From Thermoplasmatota archaeon (GTDB lineage: Archaea; Thermoplasmatota; JAKEGO01), in assembly GCA_028279595.1 (NCBI GenBank), contig JANQNK010000002.1, positions 1,970 through 65,969 of the forward strand: 64,000 nucleotides of DNA, given 5' to 3'. The notes beneath the pieces were generated by a model that was given only the letters and a program-made list of their open reading frames with translations, searched no databases and was not told the origin of the DNA. A program made the translations under genes and the position numbers. This document shows, piece after piece, positions 1 to 10,122 of this stretch; within the stretch, counting starts at the first letter, position 1; each line of letters opens with the position of its first letter.

Positions 1-1
1 C

Positions 2-2497
2 CTGCATTCCAGCCGAAACATCATCTCATGGAATACAGTATCAGAGAACGGGAGGCATGGTGTTGTCCTCCTGGCTGGTGCCGAAAATCACTCTGTTAAC
101 AACAACACTATTGTAGGGAACGACGGAAATGGTATCCATATCCACTTTAATGCATACAGCAACAACGTAGAGAATAATACAGTAATGAATAACAGTGGTT
201 CAGGTCTTACCGCAAGCAATATGGCTGATGGAAGCGAGATATGGAATAACAAATTCCAATCAAATGCAATTGATGGAATCGGTCTCTTAACATCCCGCAA
301 CAATGTATCAAAGAACAATATTTCAATGAATGGACGGTATGGCATCTATGCGTCAGTAGCTAGATCAAAATTCACGAGGAACAACATATCGAACAACGTA
401 GAATATGGATTGTTAGGTGTGAATCTTCATAACAGCAGCATTTACCTAAACGAGTTCTGGAATAATGGCTTCACTCCGCAAGCATTTGACGGCACAAACG
501 GTGATATGAACTTCTGGGATAACGGGACAATCGGTAATTACTGGTCTGACTACCCAGGCTACGACCAGGATGGGGATGGTATTGGAGATGATTGGTACCT
601 CATTAATGGATCCAACAAGGCTATGGACCGTTATCCCAGATGGGATGTTGCACCACCATTCGATACATGGATAGTGGATGACGATAACGGTACCTGGTCG
701 GACTTCAACTCGATTCAGGATGCTGTGAACGTATCGTCCAAGGGGGATTTAATCCGTGTCTATGACGGGATATTTCCCGGAAGAGTACTGGTGAATCGTT
801 CCCTTTCGATCGTAGGTAATGGAACAGCAACTATAGTAAATGGGACAACTACCGATATGAATGTAGTTGAAATTAATGTCGATAATATTAGATTATCAAA
901 CTTGAACATCACTGGTGGAGGAGACGGTATTTTGATATCGTCCAACAATAATATAATTGAAAACAATACCTGCCACGGTAATAAGATGGGAATTACATGT
1001 TCTTCAAGCTTGAACAATACCATTCAATTCAACACTCTGATAGAAAACGACGCAGACGGAATATACCTACATCAATCATCTAACAATATCATCTCAGACA
1101 ATTATATATCAAATAACTCAGGTGGAATTAGCGTATTTCAAAATTCCAATATGAATATCATCTCATATAATAGAATTCTTAACCATTCTAAATTTGCTAT
1201 AATTAACCACTATTATAGCAATTCAAATCGCTTTGAAAACAATTCATGTTACGACAATAACAATGGATTCATTATCCGGAAAGCATACAATATCACATTC
1301 CAGAACAATCTTTATACATACCGATATTACAGCCGATACGATTGGTCGGGTCATTATTGCAATGTGGGATTTCAGATATGGGACTCAGAGTACATAATAA
1401 TCCGTAATAGTACTCTAAGAAATGGTGCAATTGAAATTATGGGAGAACATCTTGAGCACTGGAATTCACATGTCATCGACGACTCGAATACCATCAATAG
1501 AAAACCTGTCTATTATTGGAAGAACCGGACTGGAGGTAACATCCCAATCGATGCATCTCAAGTAATTCTTGCGAACTGTACAGACGTAACAATGAGTGAA
1601 ATTCAAATCACAACAAACAACATAACGCATTATTTCAAGAATGTAGATTCTTGCGTCATAGCAAATCTTAACGCGATTGAATCAAATGCTTTCAATTTGG
1701 TAATATTTAACGGAACACAGATAACAATAATCAATTGTGAAATGGCAAGAAAAATCAGCGTGCATCAATCGGACCATGTTATTATTCAGAGATCTACAGT
1801 TATTGAGGAAGGTATTCTAATCTACACATCAGACTATAATAAAATAATGAATAATACTTTTATAGGAAAGATCGGAGTCCTTCTCGCATGGTCGAATGAA
1901 AATCAAATATTCAATAACTACTGTTCCGATATCATTGACAGTTCAATATGGTTACATGAATCGAGCTACAATACTATTGGATGGAACGAAATTGAATGGG
2001 CGGATTCTAACGGAATTGAGGTTGCCGTAGATTACGAAGATCCATCCGAGTCTCCAACACCCAGTAAAGGAGGGGGTAAAAATACCATTGTTTCAAATAC
2101 AATTAGTTACGGAGATTGGTACGCTATCAACCTCACTAATACTACCGATAATCTAGTGTATCGAAATAACTTAATTGAAAATGGAGAATCAGAAATGGTT
2201 AATGGAATAATATTTTCACAAGCATACGATTCTGGAAACCATAATCAATGGGATAACGGCGATATAGGAAATCGATGGTCGGATTGGAATCGGAGTGATC
2301 CATATGCTATCGATGGATCAGCAGAGTCTTTCGACTACCACCCGATTTATGAATCAGAAATACCCGATAATGGTGATGATAATAGTATTATCGAAAAGTC
2401 TGGTGATTTTTCTATAATACCAGTCGCAGTTCTAGGAATCATAATAGGCTTGCTTGTTTTAATAGTTGGATATTCCATTTTCAAGTCTAAACAATAG
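2..2497 (+). CDS. Parallel beta-helix (NosD/PbH1-like) repeat surface protein with C-terminal TM anchor; 5' end lies outside the window
   Basis: The frame stays open from the window edge, with no stop in frame 2 upstream of Met at 185. Repeated N-x-I-x-x-N beta-helix turns. Module ends GNYWSDYPGYDQDGDGIGDDWY...DRYP and GNRWSDW...DYHPIY. Second module opens WIVDDDNGTW..IQDAVN..GDLIRVYDGIF. Hydrophobic C-terminus IIPVAVLGIIIGLLVLIVGY. Confidence 0.75.
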   Translation: MHSSRNIISWNTVSENGRHGVVLLAGAENHSVNNNTIVGNDGNGIHIHFNAYSNNVENNTVMNNSGSGLTASNMADGSEIWNNKFQSNAIDGIGLLTSRNNVSKNNISMNGRYGIYASVARSKFTRNNISNNVEYGLLGVNLHNSSIYLNEFWNNGFTPQAFDGTNGDMNFWDNGTIGNYWSDYPGYDQDGDGIGDDWYLINGSNKAMDRYPRWDVAPPFDTWIVDDDNGTWSDFNSIQDAVNVSSKGDLIRVYDGIFPGRVLVNRSLSIVGNGTATIVNGTTTDMNVVEINVDNIRLSNLNITGGGDGILISSNNNIIENNTCHGNKMGITCSSSLNNTIQFNTLIENDADGIYLHQSSNNIISDNYISNNSGGISVFQNSNMNIISYNRILNHSKFAIINHYYSNSNRFENNSCYDNNNGFIIRKAYNITFQNNLYTYRYYSRYDWSGHYCNVGFQIWDSEYIIIRNSTLRNGAIEIMGEHLEHWNSHVIDDSNTINRKPVYYWKNRTGGNIPIDASQVILANCTDVTMSEIQITTNNITHYFKNVDSCVIANLNAIESNAFNLVIFNGTQITIINCEMARKISVHQSDHVIIQRSTVIEEGILIYTSDYNKIMNNTFIGKIGVLLAWSNENQIFNNYCSDIIDSSIWLHESSYNTIGWNEIEWADSNGIEVAVDYEDPSESPTPSKGGGKNTIVSNTISYGDWYAINLTNTTDNLVYRNNLIENGESEMVNGIIFSQAYDSGNHNQWDNGDIGNRWSDWNRSDPYAIDGSAESFDYHPIYESEIPDNGDDNSIIEKSGDFSIIPVAVLGIIIGLLVLIVGYSIFKSKQ

Positions 2498-2511
2498 CGT
2501 CGGATTTCAAT

Positions 2512-2574
2512 GTTTACTGTAAGAAACGTTCCGCATTGAGTAATGGCACTGGTAAAACCGTGATGAAATTCCTC
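2512..2574 (+). repeat. Copy A of the island repeat family: 19-nt core GTTTACTGTAAGAAACGTT, then GAAATTCCTC 34 nt later
   Basis: The 19-mer at 2512-2530 is identical to 13744-13762. GAAATTCCTC at 2565-2574 matches 13799-13808 at similar spacing. It lies just after the stop of the beta-helix gene. Confidence 0.8.
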
Positions 2575-2631
2575 GCACCATCTTCAGAAAAAGTCTTATC
2601 AGTATCATTACCATCTCGTCAGGGTGACCAT

Positions 2632-3726
2632 ATGAGAGACAGGATCAGACGTATCTTCGAAAGGATTGAGGGCCTCGATACGATCGTCATAAAGAATCAC
2701 ACTACCCCTCATCTCGACAACTCGTTCTTCTATGTTACCGGACTGAAGAGTGGTCTGTTCAATCAATCTATGGCACTGATAGACCGCGAAGGCGGACTCG
2801 AGGTGATCACGACCGTTCTGGTGGAGGACACCGTCCGGGATTCGAAAATTCCGGTGACCTCGTATGAGCAGTCCGTGGACCTCGAAAGAATCGTCACAGA
2901 ACGTCTCACCGATTCTCGGCGGATCGGTTTCAATTCCTCTGAGTTGATATCCGAGGACTATCTGATGTTCAACAGGCTCCTAAAGGATACTGAGCTGGTC
3001 GATGTATCTGATCAGATGAATAAAGCTCGTGCAATCAAGGACAGCACGGAGATCGAGACTATTAGGAAGGCATGCGGTATCGTATCACGAGTGGCGGACA
3101 GGATCCCTGAGTTCATCGACAGTGACACCACCGAACACGATGTCGCGTCCTTCATCCCGACCTCCATGTTGGATGGTGGTGCCGATGGTCCAGCTTTCGA
3201 TACGAACTGTTCCTTCGGTCCGAACAGCGCACTTCCGCACTATCACACTGGTAACGTTCGTATCAAGCCCGGAGACTTCATCTTGACGGATTTCGGCGCC
3301 GAGGCGGACCGTTATGTGTCCGACATCACGAGGACATGGTTCTACGGAAGTGTAAACGAGGAGCAGAGACGCATCTACGATGCTGTATTGGAAGCACAAC
3401 GGAATGCAATCGATATGATAGAACCGGGTATCGCTGCCTCCGATGTCCATCGAACCGTGAACAAGGTCATCGACGACGCTGGCTATCACGGTAAGTTCAC
3501 TCACAGCACTGGCCATGGGATCGGTTTGAACGTTCACGACGCAGCATTGAGGGTACGTGAAGAATCCGACTTCCTCCTGGAAGAAGGGATGGTCTTCACC
3601 GTCGAACCAGGGATTTACGTCGTGGGATTCGGCGGGGTCAGGGTCGAGGACGACATCGTTGTGACAAGTGACGGGTGTGAGGAGCTGACAAATGCCGATA
3701 AAGAGCTTTCAGCAATCGATATTTGA
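2632..3726 (+). CDS. M24B family Xaa-Pro aminopeptidase / prolidase
   Basis: C-terminal pita-bread motifs: DFGAEADRYVSDITRT, HSTGHGIGLNVHD, FTVEPGIY, GVRVEDD. I prefer ATG 2632 because the TTG-2536 extension overlaps repeat copy A. Confidence 0.85.
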   Translation: MRDRIRRIFERIEGLDTIVIKNHTTPHLDNSFFYVTGLKSGLFNQSMALIDREGGLEVITTVLVEDTVRDSKIPVTSYEQSVDLERIVTERLTDSRRIGFNSSELISEDYLMFNRLLKDTELVDVSDQMNKARAIKDSTEIETIRKACGIVSRVADRIPEFIDSDTTEHDVASFIPTSMLDGGADGPAFDTNCSFGPNSALPHYHTGNVRIKPGDFILTDFGAEADRYVSDITRTWFYGSVNEEQRRIYDAVLEAQRNAIDMIEPGIAASDVHRTVNKVIDDAGYHGKFTHSTGHGIGLNVHDAALRVREESDFLLEEGMVFTVEPGIYVVGFGGVRVEDDIVVTSDGCEELTNADKELSAIDI

Positions 3727-3732
3727 TTGGGA

Positions 3733-4023
3733 TCAAAGAAAGGTCCTTTTCATAACGGCGATTAACGGGAGACAGGCTATCGTCACTGTTCCAAACAATA
3801 AGACAGACGCACCGTCGTTCATGAGCTGGGCATTGCGTGAATTCTGGATCTCGCCGTTCGTGGTCCCGTTATCAAGCGGATTTGCTAGACATTCTTCGCG
3901 CTCATTATTCTCGGTTGTTGCCGATCTGGGTTCATCGATTGATGTGGTCTCTACGGCAGAGGCTGGTTGTAGAGCCGATGCGATCAATATCCAAACCAGC
4001 AGTGTTATGGATAAGGCACCCAT
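3733..4023 (-). CDS. Small hypothetical secreted/membrane protein
   Basis: N-terminal signal-like segment MGALSITLLVWILIASALQPASA and C-terminal hydrophobic segment VLLFGTVTIACLPLIAV. No recognisable family. Confidence 0.4.
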   Translation of the reverse strand: MGALSITLLVWILIASALQPASAVETTSIDEPRSATTENNEREECLANPLDNGTTNGEIQNSRNAQLMNDGASVLLFGTVTIACLPLIAVMKRTFL

Positions 4024-4305
4024 GTATCATTAAATCAACTCCATCTTCGTTTCGGGTCATTGTAGATGATGCTCGCCGGAATAACATTTATTTAGATTGG
4101 TATAAGGTTGGATATAACCCCTGAATATTAGGATAAGGTTGAATATATCTCGTAATTGATCTGGCGCTTTCCATTTTTTAGTACCCAGTGTAGATGGATC
4201 TGGATATTAATTTGTTGGGTCGGGTTCATCTAGATCATCGTCGAGATAAGCTGGAATTCCGTCGTCATCCAATCCTAAGATGTAGAGAACTCATTACTTT
4301 ATTAC

Positions 4306-6675
4306 TCAATTCACGGGCGGAATACTCGGCTCACCGACAACTGGCTGCTCGGCTGTCTCTCCCGAATCAAGCGCTTCCAGAAACATCTGAGTCGGCGTGA
4401 TCCCATCCTTCCTTGATGCGTTGACGATGTTCCTGTTCCTGAGTCGCTTAATGTGATATGACATGGTGGACTGCGACAGACCGACAAGCTTTGCCAGGTG
4501 CCCCTGGGAGATTCCCGGAGACAGAAGCACCACCTTCATTATCTCGGTCTCGATACCGATTAGCTCGAACCGTGGAATGCGCTTCCCGAAGGGATAGAAA
4601 CGCTTGTAGAACCCGTCGTTATTGCTACGGATGAAACCCTCGGTCTCGAGGACACGCAGATGATATCCAGTAGACCCATTCGGAAGGTGGAGCTCCTTCC
4701 TGATCATGGTGTAGTGGGCTCCAGGATTCTGCCTTATGAACTCGATTATGCGACCCCGGACCTTGTGGTCAGCGACGTCCTCACTCCGCAATCTAGTGTA
4801 TATCGGAAAGACAAGGGAGAAGAGCGTGTAGAATCCGATCCCGGTCGCAGCGAAGACGCCGACGGCAATTAATGCAGCCACACCGATTATCACTGTCGTT
4901 TCCTCTGGTAGTCGCGAGTCATCACCATCCTTCCGCGGTCTATTGACGGAATCGGGGGATGCTACGTAGAGGATGATCGTCTCGGTCTCGGAATTGTGGT
5001 ATCCGTCCCAGGACCTCACTGTTACTGTCAATGCGCCCAGAGGGAAGGAGGAGTGGTTCAGCGTGAAGCCCCACTCGGTTGTACCTATCACTGTGGTCCA
5101 CACGTTCCCTGCGATCGATACCTCGACCATCGAGACATCCCCGTCCGTGTCCGATGCGGTACCCAGTATTATGATGGACGAGTTGACAGTCATGTTGTTA
5201 ACAGGGTATTCTATCGTCACAATGGGCCTGATGTTCACAAGGACCGATCCATTGACCACCTCGCTTGAAAGATCCTGATCGTCCATCACATAGAAGGTGA
5301 TGTTGTGGACCCCATGTGAGAGGGAGTCTGTCGTGAACAGGGTTGGGGTACCATTGTACAGCTCGCCATCGATGCTGGATGTCCAAACGAACTGGGTCAC
5401 TGTGCTATCTCCAGAGTGACCAAGTCCATGGAATTCAACGAATTCATTATGAGCAGCAGGGTCTGGATTGATGGAAATGATCGAAGCATTGGGTGGTTTA
5501 GGTTGGGGTGAGGGGGAGTAGACGAGGGGGTACCTATCGGACGAATTCCCTCCGGCGATCGGATAGGGATCATCGACTATCCCGTCCCTGTCCGTATCGC
5601 CTGTGGAACCGTCGGACCAGTAATTACCCTCAACCCCACTGTCCCAATTGTTGCCGGAGCAGTTATCGTATCCCTGTGTGGTGTTTAGATTGTTGTCAAA
5701 GAACCTGTTGTTGTGTACAGTATTGTTCTCACATGATAATTTTCGATCCAACTCGATGATGGAAACGCCGTATCCACCATTCGAAGTGAATGTGTTGTGA
5801 GTGATCCTGTTCCAATGGGATCCGAAGTTCATCTGGATGCCATCACCATCGTTATCGGTCAGATCAGACTTGGTGATGGTTATGTTCATGGACATCGATA
5901 TGTTGATCCCAGCCTCGCCGTTCGATGATACGGATCCCCTGTTCAGGGATACGTATTCCGAGTCGACGAGGAGGATCCCATCAACTCCGGAATTCGAGAC
6001 CTCGGTGTCGAGAATCTGAATATCATTGCATTCCACTAGTGTGATACCGGAATTGAAGGCGTCAACGACAGTAACCTCCTGGACGGTCAGTTCTGAGAGG
6101 TAGCCGGCGATACCCCACCCATAGAACGTGCACCTGTGCACATCTACTAATGTCGATTCCTCAATAGACAGAGTTGTTCCAAAAGGGTTGGTGGAGATGA
6201 ACGTGTTGTCTTTGAACTGCATCACATCAACGTTCATGATGTTCAACCAACTCCATTCAACATTGAAAATGCAGTCAGTGATGCTCACGTTCCTACAGTC
6301 GATGATATGTGGATTGCCCGCAAAAGGCGGCATGGATATACCGGAAATTGCGACATCGTTAGCTGATATCAAGAACTGGAAAACGCCATCGTTGTTGTCA
6401 AGAATGACCTCTTTGCTGCCGTTACCCTCAATCACGATCGATTGGTTTATCCATATACCTTCTGAATAGTTACCAGCGTAGACCAGGACAGTATCGCCTG
6501 GGTTGGAAGCGTTCATCGCATCCCTTATGGTGGTGTGGTCGGCCCACTGGCCCCCGTCGTCGTCGACGACTATGACCCTGGATGAACCCGGACCTGAAAG
6601 TATAATGATGAGAACGATCGAAATGAACAATGATGCGATCAGGCTCGTCCGAATCGACCTCGATACTAGGTTCAT
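4306..6675 (-). CDS. Membrane-spanning protein: extracellular beta-helix (NosD-like) plus Ig-like domains, one TM helix, two cytoplasmic winged-helix DNA-binding domains
   Basis: Signal anchor LIASLFISIVLIIILSG. Module start VIVVDDDGGQWADHTTIRDAMNASNPGDTVLVYAGNY. Module end GNYWSDGSTGDTDRDGIVDDPYPI..DRYPL. TM segment IIGVAALIAVGVFAATGIGFYTLFSLVF. Then IIEFIRQNPGAHYTMIRKELHLPNGSTGYHLRVLETEGFI and GISQGHLAKLVGLSQSTMSYHIKRLRNRNIV (ArsR-like wHTH). Confidence 0.8.
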   Translation of the reverse strand: MNLVSRSIRTSLIASLFISIVLIIILSGPGSSRVIVVDDDGGQWADHTTIRDAMNASNPGDTVLVYAGNYSEGIWINQSIVIEGNGSKEVILDNNDGVFQFLISANDVAISGISMPPFAGNPHIIDCRNVSITDCIFNVEWSWLNIMNVDVMQFKDNTFISTNPFGTTLSIEESTLVDVHRCTFYGWGIAGYLSELTVQEVTVVDAFNSGITLVECNDIQILDTEVSNSGVDGILLVDSEYVSLNRGSVSSNGEAGINISMSMNITITKSDLTDNDGDGIQMNFGSHWNRITHNTFTSNGGYGVSIIELDRKLSCENNTVHNNRFFDNNLNTTQGYDNCSGNNWDSGVEGNYWSDGSTGDTDRDGIVDDPYPIAGGNSSDRYPLVYSPSPQPKPPNASIISINPDPAAHNEFVEFHGLGHSGDSTVTQFVWTSSIDGELYNGTPTLFTTDSLSHGVHNITFYVMDDQDLSSEVVNGSVLVNIRPIVTIEYPVNNMTVNSSIIILGTASDTDGDVSMVEVSIAGNVWTTVIGTTEWGFTLNHSSFPLGALTVTVRSWDGYHNSETETIILYVASPDSVNRPRKDGDDSRLPEETTVIIGVAALIAVGVFAATGIGFYTLFSLVFPIYTRLRSEDVADHKVRGRIIEFIRQNPGAHYTMIRKELHLPNGSTGYHLRVLETEGFIRSNNDGFYKRFYPFGKRIPRFELIGIETEIMKVVLLSPGISQGHLAKLVGLSQSTMSYHIKRLRNRNIVNASRKDGITPTQMFLEALDSGETAEQPVVGEPSIPPVN

Positions 6676-6852
6676 CTTTATTCACCGGTTATCGTCCTGA
6701 TTTTCTTATACACTCTTGAATTATGAGTGTTTTGTTGGTTTTACAGATGACAGTCGCATTAAGATCCGCCGCATCTGATCGGTCTTCAGGACACCATATG
6801 TCTGTGGATCGTGTCATGATCACTACCCGTTCCGTTCATTAATAGGGGGGAC

Positions 6853-6886
6853 GGGATGGTCCCCGAGGGGGTTTAGAGACCATCCC
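6853..6886. repeat. Inverted repeat (9-bp arms GGGATGGTC/GACCATCCC, 16-nt spacer) downstream of the 776-aa gene
   Basis: Read directly from the sequence, 26 nt past the stop at 6912 on the minus strand. No T-run follows, so a terminator role is unproven. Confidence 0.4.
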
Positions 6887-6911
6887 TTCGATCACTTTCA
6901 TAACGGCACTA

Positions 6912-9242
6912 TCAGTACTCCTCGAACCTCCGTACTAGGAAGAGGACCGAGACGATGATGGCTCCGATCAGGATGCCGAGGGCCGCGAAGTCCCTCACTA
7001 GTTCTCCGCTGACACCCTTCTCGCCGATCTGGCTTTCATCGAAACTAACGTCTCCGTTTCCACCGTTACCGCTACTGGTTTTATCGCCCTCACCGGGTGC
7101 ACCGGTCGGGTCCTCTCCGTCTTCTCCAGGTGGCCCGTCTGGATGCTTCCATGGGTCATCGTTCGTACAGTTCCCGATGTCCCAAATGTCTGGGTACCAG
7201 TTCCAGCAGGGTCGTTCTCCAGATTCATTCTCCTCCTCGTATTCGGGAATACCGTCCGCGTTCTCGTCGATGTAGGTGTACTCGTACTCGTAAATGATAG
7301 TCCGATCATCGAACAAGATTATGTGGACGTAGATGTATTCCGGAAAGAGCCAGTTCGATCCGCGATAATCGAAGTCTATCCAGACCTCGGAACCTTCAGG
7401 ATCGCCGCTGTTGCCTTTGTCCTCTTGCCTGAGCAACACGACGATCTCGACCTCGTTATCGAGCCAGACGACCACCTCTCCTTCGTGGAAGCCCTCCTTG
7501 AGCACCGTGATTGTGGCATATGAGCCCCAGAGAGAATTATTGATCCGGAATAGGAAATAGCCCGTTTCGTCCGTGATCTTCCATTTTGTGTCATTGGAGG
7601 AGGTAAATGGTCTTTCGTTCCCTCCATAGCCGACGTAGGTGCGGATATTGTGGGTAAGTATCACGTCCGCCCCTGCTATTGGATCCTTGTCAATGTAATC
7701 GTAAACGAATCCTTCGACCCTCAGGTCGGTATCATTCGATGGTACATTCCTGCCGAGGAGAACCCTGACCTCATTGTCCGAGCTGAGGAGGAGCTCGGTC
7801 TGGTAATCCTTGTATCCATCGGCCCAGACATAGAGAACCGCATAGTAACCGATTGTCCAGTTCTCTATCTCTAACCAGAAACCTCCCTTCCTATCAGAGA
7901 CGGTCCAGTATGTGAGATTGCTCTTAGGAGTCGGTTGGTATCTGTCTATGTATGGGTTCAGCTCGAGAACCACGTCTGCACCAGCCACGGGGGTCATGTC
8001 AAGTCCTTCTAGGATCGTACCCTGAACAGTTACAGTATTGTTAGTCGTGTTGAGAGGTTCGAGGTAGACATAGACGTACGTGTACCAGTTGATCGAAATC
8101 CTCTCCTCGTAGGTCCTGTATCCCTCTTTCATGACGACCAGTGTCATCTCGGTACTATGATAGTCTGATCCGATTTCGAATTCGAACCTTCCATACACGT
8201 CGGTCTTGTTCTCGTAGAGATAGGTCGCTGTTGAGTTCGGGTGTAGGAAGACCTCTGCGTCCTCCACATGATCGTAGGTCCTGTTGTCGACCACGTATCC
8301 CTTGACGGTCACGTTACGGATTCCGAAGGCCAGGTCGACCTGGTTGTCGCCCTCGTCGAGCGTGACCATCTCGGCGAACGCCTCGTAGGACCCGTGAAAC
8401 ACACATACTTTATACCTACCGGGCCGAGCGGAGAATTCGTAATAACCCGTCTCGTCAGTGTAATCGAATGCGTAGGCTGCCGATATGGCGTTCGGAGAGT
8501 AGCTGAACGTGTAGTTGACCTCAAGGATACCTTTGTGGTAAATTAATGGATACCAGTAGTTGGAGTAAAGCATCACCAAGGCATCATCGATAGGTTCACC
8601 CTCAGCGTTCTCTACCGTGCCGAACATCCTGGTCTCATTCTCATCAGGATACAACTGGAAAGTCGTCTCGACATCCCCTGACAACGCTATCGTGAGATAT
8701 CGGCTATAGTATCCAGACTTGGATATCACGAGGTTGTAGGACTCATCGTCGACCTGGATCTCGAACTCGCCGTTGGAATTGGTCTCCGTGGATATGTGTC
8801 GGTAATCGGTCCAGTAGTAGTGATAGAACGACGGATAGAGTTCGAGAAGTACTCCTTGAACAGGAGTCTCACCCTCGAGGACGACACCGGACAACGTGAA
8901 ATTGTGCGTTCCGTTGGGATTCGGAAGCGTGAGCTTTAGTCTCAACTCGGCGCTTACAACGGTTCTGTTCTCCAGCTCGGCACTCACCCTGAGGTGATGG
9001 ATGCCTTCGTGGACGTCATTGATCCAAAGAATCCCCGAAGAATTCGTTGTTCCCATCGTTTTATTATCTATATCGACCTCGGCTCCTTCGAGAGCGGAAC
9101 GGTCGTAGTCCACCTCTATTCGGACATCGAATAGGTCGTTCTCATTCAGTTCATGCTCCGTGTAAATATCCCACGGAGAGCCTGAAGCAGTCCCCATCAG
9201 GAAGATCGCGACAAGCAACGCTATCAGATACCAAATCTTCAT
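6912..9242 (-). CDS. Secreted CarboxypepD_reg-like (carboxypeptidase regulatory-like) repeat protein with C-terminal TM anchor
   Basis: Signal peptide MKIWYLIALLVAIFLMGTASG. Five or more repeats of the type V(Q/E/K)G.V.....PvaGAdVvL (for example VQGTILEGLDMTPVAGADVVLE and VEGFVYDYIDKDPIAGADVILT). C-terminal AALGILIGAIIVSVLFLV. Confidence 0.75.
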   Translation of the reverse strand: MKIWYLIALLVAIFLMGTASGSPWDIYTEHELNENDLFDVRIEVDYDRSALEGAEVDIDNKTMGTTNSSGILWINDVHEGIHHLRVSAELENRTVVSAELRLKLTLPNPNGTHNFTLSGVVLEGETPVQGVLLELYPSFYHYYWTDYRHISTETNSNGEFEIQVDDESYNLVISKSGYYSRYLTIALSGDVETTFQLYPDENETRMFGTVENAEGEPIDDALVMLYSNYWYPLIYHKGILEVNYTFSYSPNAISAAYAFDYTDETGYYEFSARPGRYKVCVFHGSYEAFAEMVTLDEGDNQVDLAFGIRNVTVKGYVVDNRTYDHVEDAEVFLHPNSTATYLYENKTDVYGRFEFEIGSDYHSTEMTLVVMKEGYRTYEERISINWYTYVYVYLEPLNTTNNTVTVQGTILEGLDMTPVAGADVVLELNPYIDRYQPTPKSNLTYWTVSDRKGGFWLEIENWTIGYYAVLYVWADGYKDYQTELLLSSDNEVRVLLGRNVPSNDTDLRVEGFVYDYIDKDPIAGADVILTHNIRTYVGYGGNERPFTSSNDTKWKITDETGYFLFRINNSLWGSYATITVLKEGFHEGEVVVWLDNEVEIVVLLRQEDKGNSGDPEGSEVWIDFDYRGSNWLFPEYIYVHIILFDDRTIIYEYEYTYIDENADGIPEYEEENESGERPCWNWYPDIWDIGNCTNDDPWKHPDGPPGEDGEDPTGAPGEGDKTSSGNGGNGDVSFDESQIGEKGVSGELVRDFAALGILIGAIIVSVLFLVRRFEEY

Positions 9243-9647
9243 CTCAGCACCTCATACATAGGCTCATAAGAGTGCGTCGCGAGGAGGTTATTATAATATA
9301 TTGGGACAAACTTCGATATAATTCGACCATTATAGGACGAGGTTCGATATTATCGAGTAACAGGATAATATGTCTATATCATTCGGTATACTAGAAACCT
9401 GACCTGGTCCATAAATTATCTATATTCCGATATATCTTTTCAGTAGAGGCTTTGCACTACAAGATCTTCCGGTCATCATCATGGATGGATCTCTGAGTAC
9501 ACCGATAACTTTACAATTATCATTACGATTAATTCAACATCGTATTGATAAAAATCACTACTTTTTTCGTTATAAAATGAGATCATTTAATTTTGATAAT
9601 CTTGACTCGATGATAGTACTCAAGGAACGCTATCAAGAAGTGTACCG

Positions 9648-9790
9648 ATGATAGAGATTTGTGTATTTCAGATGAATGTGAACGGCATGGATCGAGCTCT
9701 TGAATTCTACCGTAAGGTACTAGGTTTCGAGAAAGATGATGATACACATTATCCCCAGATCGTTGGCTTGAATTGTCTTCTTCTACCGCA
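9648..9790 (+). pseudogene. Probable remnant of a VOC/glyoxalase-family gene (N-terminal fragment only)
   Basis: FQMNVNGMDRALEFYRKVLGFEKDDD resembles the first beta-alpha-beta unit of VOC proteins. The rest of the 71-aa ORF looks non-protein-like. Confidence 0.3.
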
Positions 9791-10122
9791 CTTTCCAATC
9801 TCTCTCCGATATGTGTATCAATCGAGTATAGGCTTTAGGCACGTCGGACAATCTTCCATTTAAGAGGGGCTTAAGTCAGCCCCAGCAACCTTGAAGAAGA
9901 TAAAATTGGCAAAGTTGTGAGATGCCTATGTCGAGGAATCGAATATGCCACTGGTGAATTGAGAAGTATATCGAAACTTGTCCCAATAAAGTGGTGCTAA
10001 TACGACACTCGTCCCAATACATACTTAAGTTGTCACTTGGAGGAACTTTAAATGAAAAGCGAGGTGTGAACATGAGAAGATTATCGATGCATTTTGCATT
10101 CCTGATCCACTGTTACGTCGCA

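Noticed and set aside
88-1023. Short minus-strand ORFs (88-345, 760-1023) and other 60-120-aa ORFs nested in large repeat-protein genes (for example 14342-14566, 14941-15303, 15476-15835, 16969-17196)
   Set aside because: They are embedded antisense or out of frame in the beta-helix genes, with hydrophobic or low-complexity translations. They are artefacts of AT-rich repetitive coding sequence.
2536-2631. TTG-initiated N-terminal extension of the M24 peptidase
   Set aside because: The extension overlaps the intergenic repeat copy A and has no similarity to peptidase N-termini. ATG 2632 gives a normal-length protein.
4102-4147. Direct repeat ATAAGGTTGRATATA x2 (31-bp period) upstream of the small 96-aa ORF
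   Set aside because: The repeat is real but short, single-locus and in AT-rich promoter-like DNA. There is not enough evidence to call an operator.
6853-6886. Calling the GGGATGGTC/GACCATCCC hairpin a transcription terminator
   Set aside because: Archaeal termination usually relies on oligo-T tracts, and none follows this hairpin. It is kept only as an inverted repeat.
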